Under the pieces are notes generated by a model, which saw nothing but the letters and a program-made list of their open reading frames with translations, did no database searches and was not told where the DNA came from. Source: Candidatus Cloacimonadota bacterium (GTDB lineage Bacteria > Cloacimonadota > Cloacimonadia > Cloacimonadales > WRIO01). Taken from it: a stretch of 28,852 nucleotides of DNA. Of this stretch, positions 26,261 to 28,852 are shown in pieces. How positions within the stretch are numbered: position 1 is the stretch's first letter; the number at the start of each line of letters is the position of its first letter. The translations under genes were made by a program, and so were the position numbers. The stretch covers positions 1-28,852 of the forward strand of contig JAKQQL010000366.1 of assembly GCA_029564175.1 (NCBI GenBank). The letters are read 5' to 3'.

Positions 26261-27820
26261 TTGTTTCTAATACCAGGATCAAAAATTAACAATCTGAATG
26301 TTCTTGAGAAGATCGGTGAAGGGGGTATGGGGGAAGTCTATCTGGCAGAAGATGATTTTCTGGGTAGAAAAGTGGCTTTAAAGGTGTTAAATCCTCTGCT
26401 CACTTCAGATGAACAGTTTGTAGAGCGATTTAAGCTGGAAGCTAAGGTGCAGGCATCTTTAAATAATCCTCAGATTGTCCAGCTGTATTCATTTTTTATT
26501 TTTGAGGATAAATATATTATGGTTTTAGAGTATGCGGATGGCATTACTTTAAAACAACTGATTCAGAAAACCGGACCTATCCCGGAAGAACGAACGATGA
26601 AAATCTTCAATCAGATATGTGCCGGCATTCAGTATGCGCATAACAAAGGGATTATTCATCGGGATATCAAACCCTCCAATATTATGATAGATGCCCAAGA
26701 CCAGACCAAAATTATGGACTTTGGCATTGCCAAGATTATGGGTGATAAAGGGATGACCAGAACCGGTGCTAAGATGGGAACCCTCTACTATATGAGTCCG
26801 GAACAGGTGAGAGCTCATAAGGATATTGATAATCGTACTGATATCTACAGTCTGGGGATTACGCTCTTTGAAATGCTGACAGGGAAACTACCCTTTGATA
26901 CAGATACCGAAAGTGATTTTGAAGTCATGAACCAGATTGTGAATCAGGATTTGCCTGATCCTAAATCATTTTATCCTTTTATATCTGATCATACTCTTCA
27001 TCTCGTTAAACAGATGACAAAGAAGAAAAAGGAAGAAAGACTAAATCATTTATCTGTCTTACCATCGGTTCCTTCTCCCGAAAAAAAACAGATAAGCGTG
27101 AAAATCGCAGCTGAAGCACCCCAAAAATATATTCCCCATAATGACAATATGGTTTTTGTTGAAGGAGGGTCTTTTCAGAGAGGTTCTGCCAAAATTACTG
27201 TATCGTCTTTCTTAATAGGGAAATATCCTGTAACTCAGAAAGAATGGACAGAGCTTATAGATGATAATCCTTCCCGTTTTAAAGGAGACAAAAGACCTGT
27301 AGAACAAATTACATGGTATCAGGCAGTGGAATTCTGCAACTTGCTCAGTCAGAAAGAAGGTCTGATTCCTGCTTATACCATCAATGGTACAAGAGTCAGC
27401 TGTGACTGGGAGTCAGATGGATACCGACTCCTCACAGAAGCGGAATGGGAGTTTGCAGCCAGAGGGGGTATTCTCTCAAAAGGATATATTTACTCAGGGT
27501 CTGACACTCTGGATGAAGTTGGTTGGTATTGGTATAACTCCAGTAAGCAAACCCATGAAGTAGGGCAAAAAAAAGTCAATGAACTGGGTATCTATGATAT
27601 GAGTGGTAATGTCTGGGAATGGTGCTGGGATAACTATGGTGATTATGCTTATGAACAAAGTATAAACCCAAGAGGGTCACATAATGATAGTCGGCGTGTT
27701 AATCGCGGAGGTAGCTGGCGTAGCGTTGATGATTACTGTCAGGTCTGTCGGCGAGATGATGAAGCACCTATTAAAACATTTCACAATTTGGGCTTCCGTT
27801 TTGCCAGATCAGTCAGGTAG
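26261..27820 (+). CDS. Soluble Ser/Thr kinase - FGE-sulfatase (CLec) fusion, kinase 3
   Basis: TTG start after GGAGG; complete kinase and FGE motifs; no TM segment. Confidence 0.92.
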   Translation: MFLIPGSKINNLNVLEKIGEGGMGEVYLAEDDFLGRKVALKVLNPLLTSDEQFVERFKLEAKVQASLNNPQIVQLYSFFIFEDKYIMVLEYADGITLKQLIQKTGPIPEERTMKIFNQICAGIQYAHNKGIIHRDIKPSNIMIDAQDQTKIMDFGIAKIMGDKGMTRTGAKMGTLYYMSPEQVRAHKDIDNRTDIYSLGITLFEMLTGKLPFDTDTESDFEVMNQIVNQDLPDPKSFYPFISDHTLHLVKQMTKKKKEERLNHLSVLPSVPSPEKKQISVKIAAEAPQKYIPHNDNMVFVEGGSFQRGSAKITVSSFLIGKYPVTQKEWTELIDDNPSRFKGDKRPVEQITWYQAVEFCNLLSQKEGLIPAYTINGTRVSCDWESDGYRLLTEAEWEFAARGGILSKGYIYSGSDTLDEVGWYWYNSSKQTHEVGQKKVNELGIYDMSGNVWEWCWDNYGDYAYEQSINPRGSHNDSRRVNRGGSWRSVDDYCQVCRRDDEAPIKTFHNLGFRFARSVR

Positions 27821-27873
27821 AATAATGTTATTCATAGCCTTTTACCTTTTAGAAAAAGTGGAATTTTACTTAT

Positions 27874-27916
27874 ACCACCCCGTCACTCCGTGCCACCCCT
27901 CCGGAGGAGGGGAATT
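27874..27916. repeat. Double-hairpin intergenic repeat, copy 2
   Basis: ACCACCCCGTCACTCCGTGCCACCCCTCCGGAGGAGGGGAATT matches 168-210. Confidence 0.8.
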
Positions 27917-28002
27917 AGCAGAATCAGCCCAGAAAGGGTGTGATATGATGAACAACGCAGAGTTCTGTAGGAATGTCAGAATCTCAGCACGGGGTGCAGC
28001 CC

Positions 28003-28207
28003 TAATGTCATTAAGTTAAGAGAAATGGTCTTTCGATTAATGTGTAAACTGTTAGTAGGGATTTACGAAATGGAGCGAAGAGTAATGCCGTAAATCCGCT
28101 TCCATCAATATTAAAATTCATTCGGACATACGGCGTTTCACTTCGTAAGTCCCTACAGACCGCTTCTAATAGGATTTGTGATGAAATTCCTTAACTTAAT
28201 GACATTG
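28003..28207. mobile_element. 205-bp MITE with IS4-family-like ends, carrying a GTAG...CTAC REPIN-like hairpin
   Basis: Perfect 17-bp TIRs AATGTCATTAAGTTAAG (28004-28020) / CTTAACTTAATGACATT (28190-28206); 8/10 flanking direct repeat GGTGCAGCCC / AGTGCAGCTC. Confidence 0.8.
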
Positions 28208-28341
28208 AGTGCAGCTCCGGGAACGAATGAATTCCATAACCAGAGCCCTGTCAGGGGTGAAAGAAAAGAAAGGAGAGAAAATGTCGAATCGCAAAAAGGA
28301 CAGTTTTGATAGCACTATAAATAGCTTATCCCTTCATTTCA

Positions 28342-28475
28342 GAGGCTGTGCAAAAATGCAAGTTTTATTAAGCCGTACCGACGGTGCTTGTCTTGAAACA
28401 TGCTATATACCAGACGCTTCCGCATCTGGCTGCTATTCTGCCATTCCTACGGAATTCTATTTTTTACATAAGCTC
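28342..28475. mobile_element. 134-bp degenerate MITE-like element
   Basis: TIRs GAGGCTGTGCAAAAA / TTTTTACATAAGCTC (11/15), flanked by TTCA on both sides; contains an inverted copy of the TTCCGTAGGAATG.CAGAAT repeat. Confidence 0.5.
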
Positions 28476-28618
28476 TTCAACAGTGGAAGCATTGCCAATT
28501 TCAATTTTTATAAGTTCGGAACAAAGTTATACCGGACTGCTAATCGTTCTCAGCAACACGGATTTAATGATAGAAACATAGAATCAATAACAATCATAAC
28601 AAGTAAAGGACATTCATT

Positions 28619-28852
28619 ATGTTGTTAGAAACCGGACAAAAAATTAATAACTACAGCATCATTCAGAAGATTGGTGAAGGGGGTATGGGGGAAGTTTATC
28701 TGGCAGAAGAAGATTTACTTCAGAGAAAAGTGGCTATCAAAGTATTGAATCCTGTTTTGACCAGTGATCAGCAGTTTACAGAGAGATTTGTCAATGAGGC
28801 TAAGATTCAATCACAATTACATCATCCGCATATTGTTTCCCTGTTTTCATTT
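28619..28852 (+). CDS. Ser/Thr kinase, kinase 4 (5' part, truncated by the window end; absent from the ORF track)
   Basis: My translation: MLLETGQKINNYSIIQKIGEGGMGEVYLAEEDLLQRKVAIKVLNPVLTSDQQFTERFVNEAKIQSQLHHPHIVSLFSF. AAGGA RBS. Closest to kinase 2. Confidence 0.92.
   Translation, partial: MLLETGQKINNYSIIQKIGEGGMGEVYLAEEDLLQRKVAIKVLNPVLTSDQQFTERFVNEAKIQSQLHHPHIVSLFSF

Noticed and set aside
19408..26818. Similar antisense ORFs in each kinase gene
   Set aside because: Their similarity simply reflects the near-identical sense-strand kinase core.
28209..28628. 139-aa ORF (alternative ATG 28281 with AGGAG)
   Set aside because: It runs through REP and MITE-like sequence, has no recognisable motif (not Avd- or RT-like by eye), and overlaps the kinase 4 start. 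A small peptide cannot be fully excluded.

Overview
This is an AT-rich bacterial chromosome segment, probably from an anaerobe (the gene content resembles Cloacimonadota, but that is inference only). The left 19 kb holds metabolic and regulatory genes: ppnP, an Fe-S protein and an aldehyde:ferredoxin oxidoreductase, a SpoVG-like gene with hflX and an aminotransferase, an atypical two-component cluster, a GLUG-repeat secreted protein, a NIT-domain chemoreceptor, and an arsR-permease-ccdA-thioredoxin operon. The right 10 kb is a duplicated array of four Hanks-type Ser/Thr kinases with an FHA-FHA-ABC transporter and a DUF975 gene. Three of the kinases are complete and are fused to a C-terminal FGE-sulfatase (C-type-lectin fold) domain; the fourth is cut off by the window end. 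The last ~120 nt of two kinase genes show the signature of diversity-generating-retroelement (DGR) variable regions: a jump to 62-64% GC, no third-position A in 40 codons, and differences concentrated at positions 1-2 of NNC/NNT codons. I found no reverse transcriptase or template repeat in the window, so these would be remote, trans-targeted hypervariable sensor kinases next to a plausible phospho-threonine-reading transporter. The intergenic regions contain REP-like palindromes and three small MITE-like elements, each carrying repeat cargo, and one of them is nested inside another repeat.
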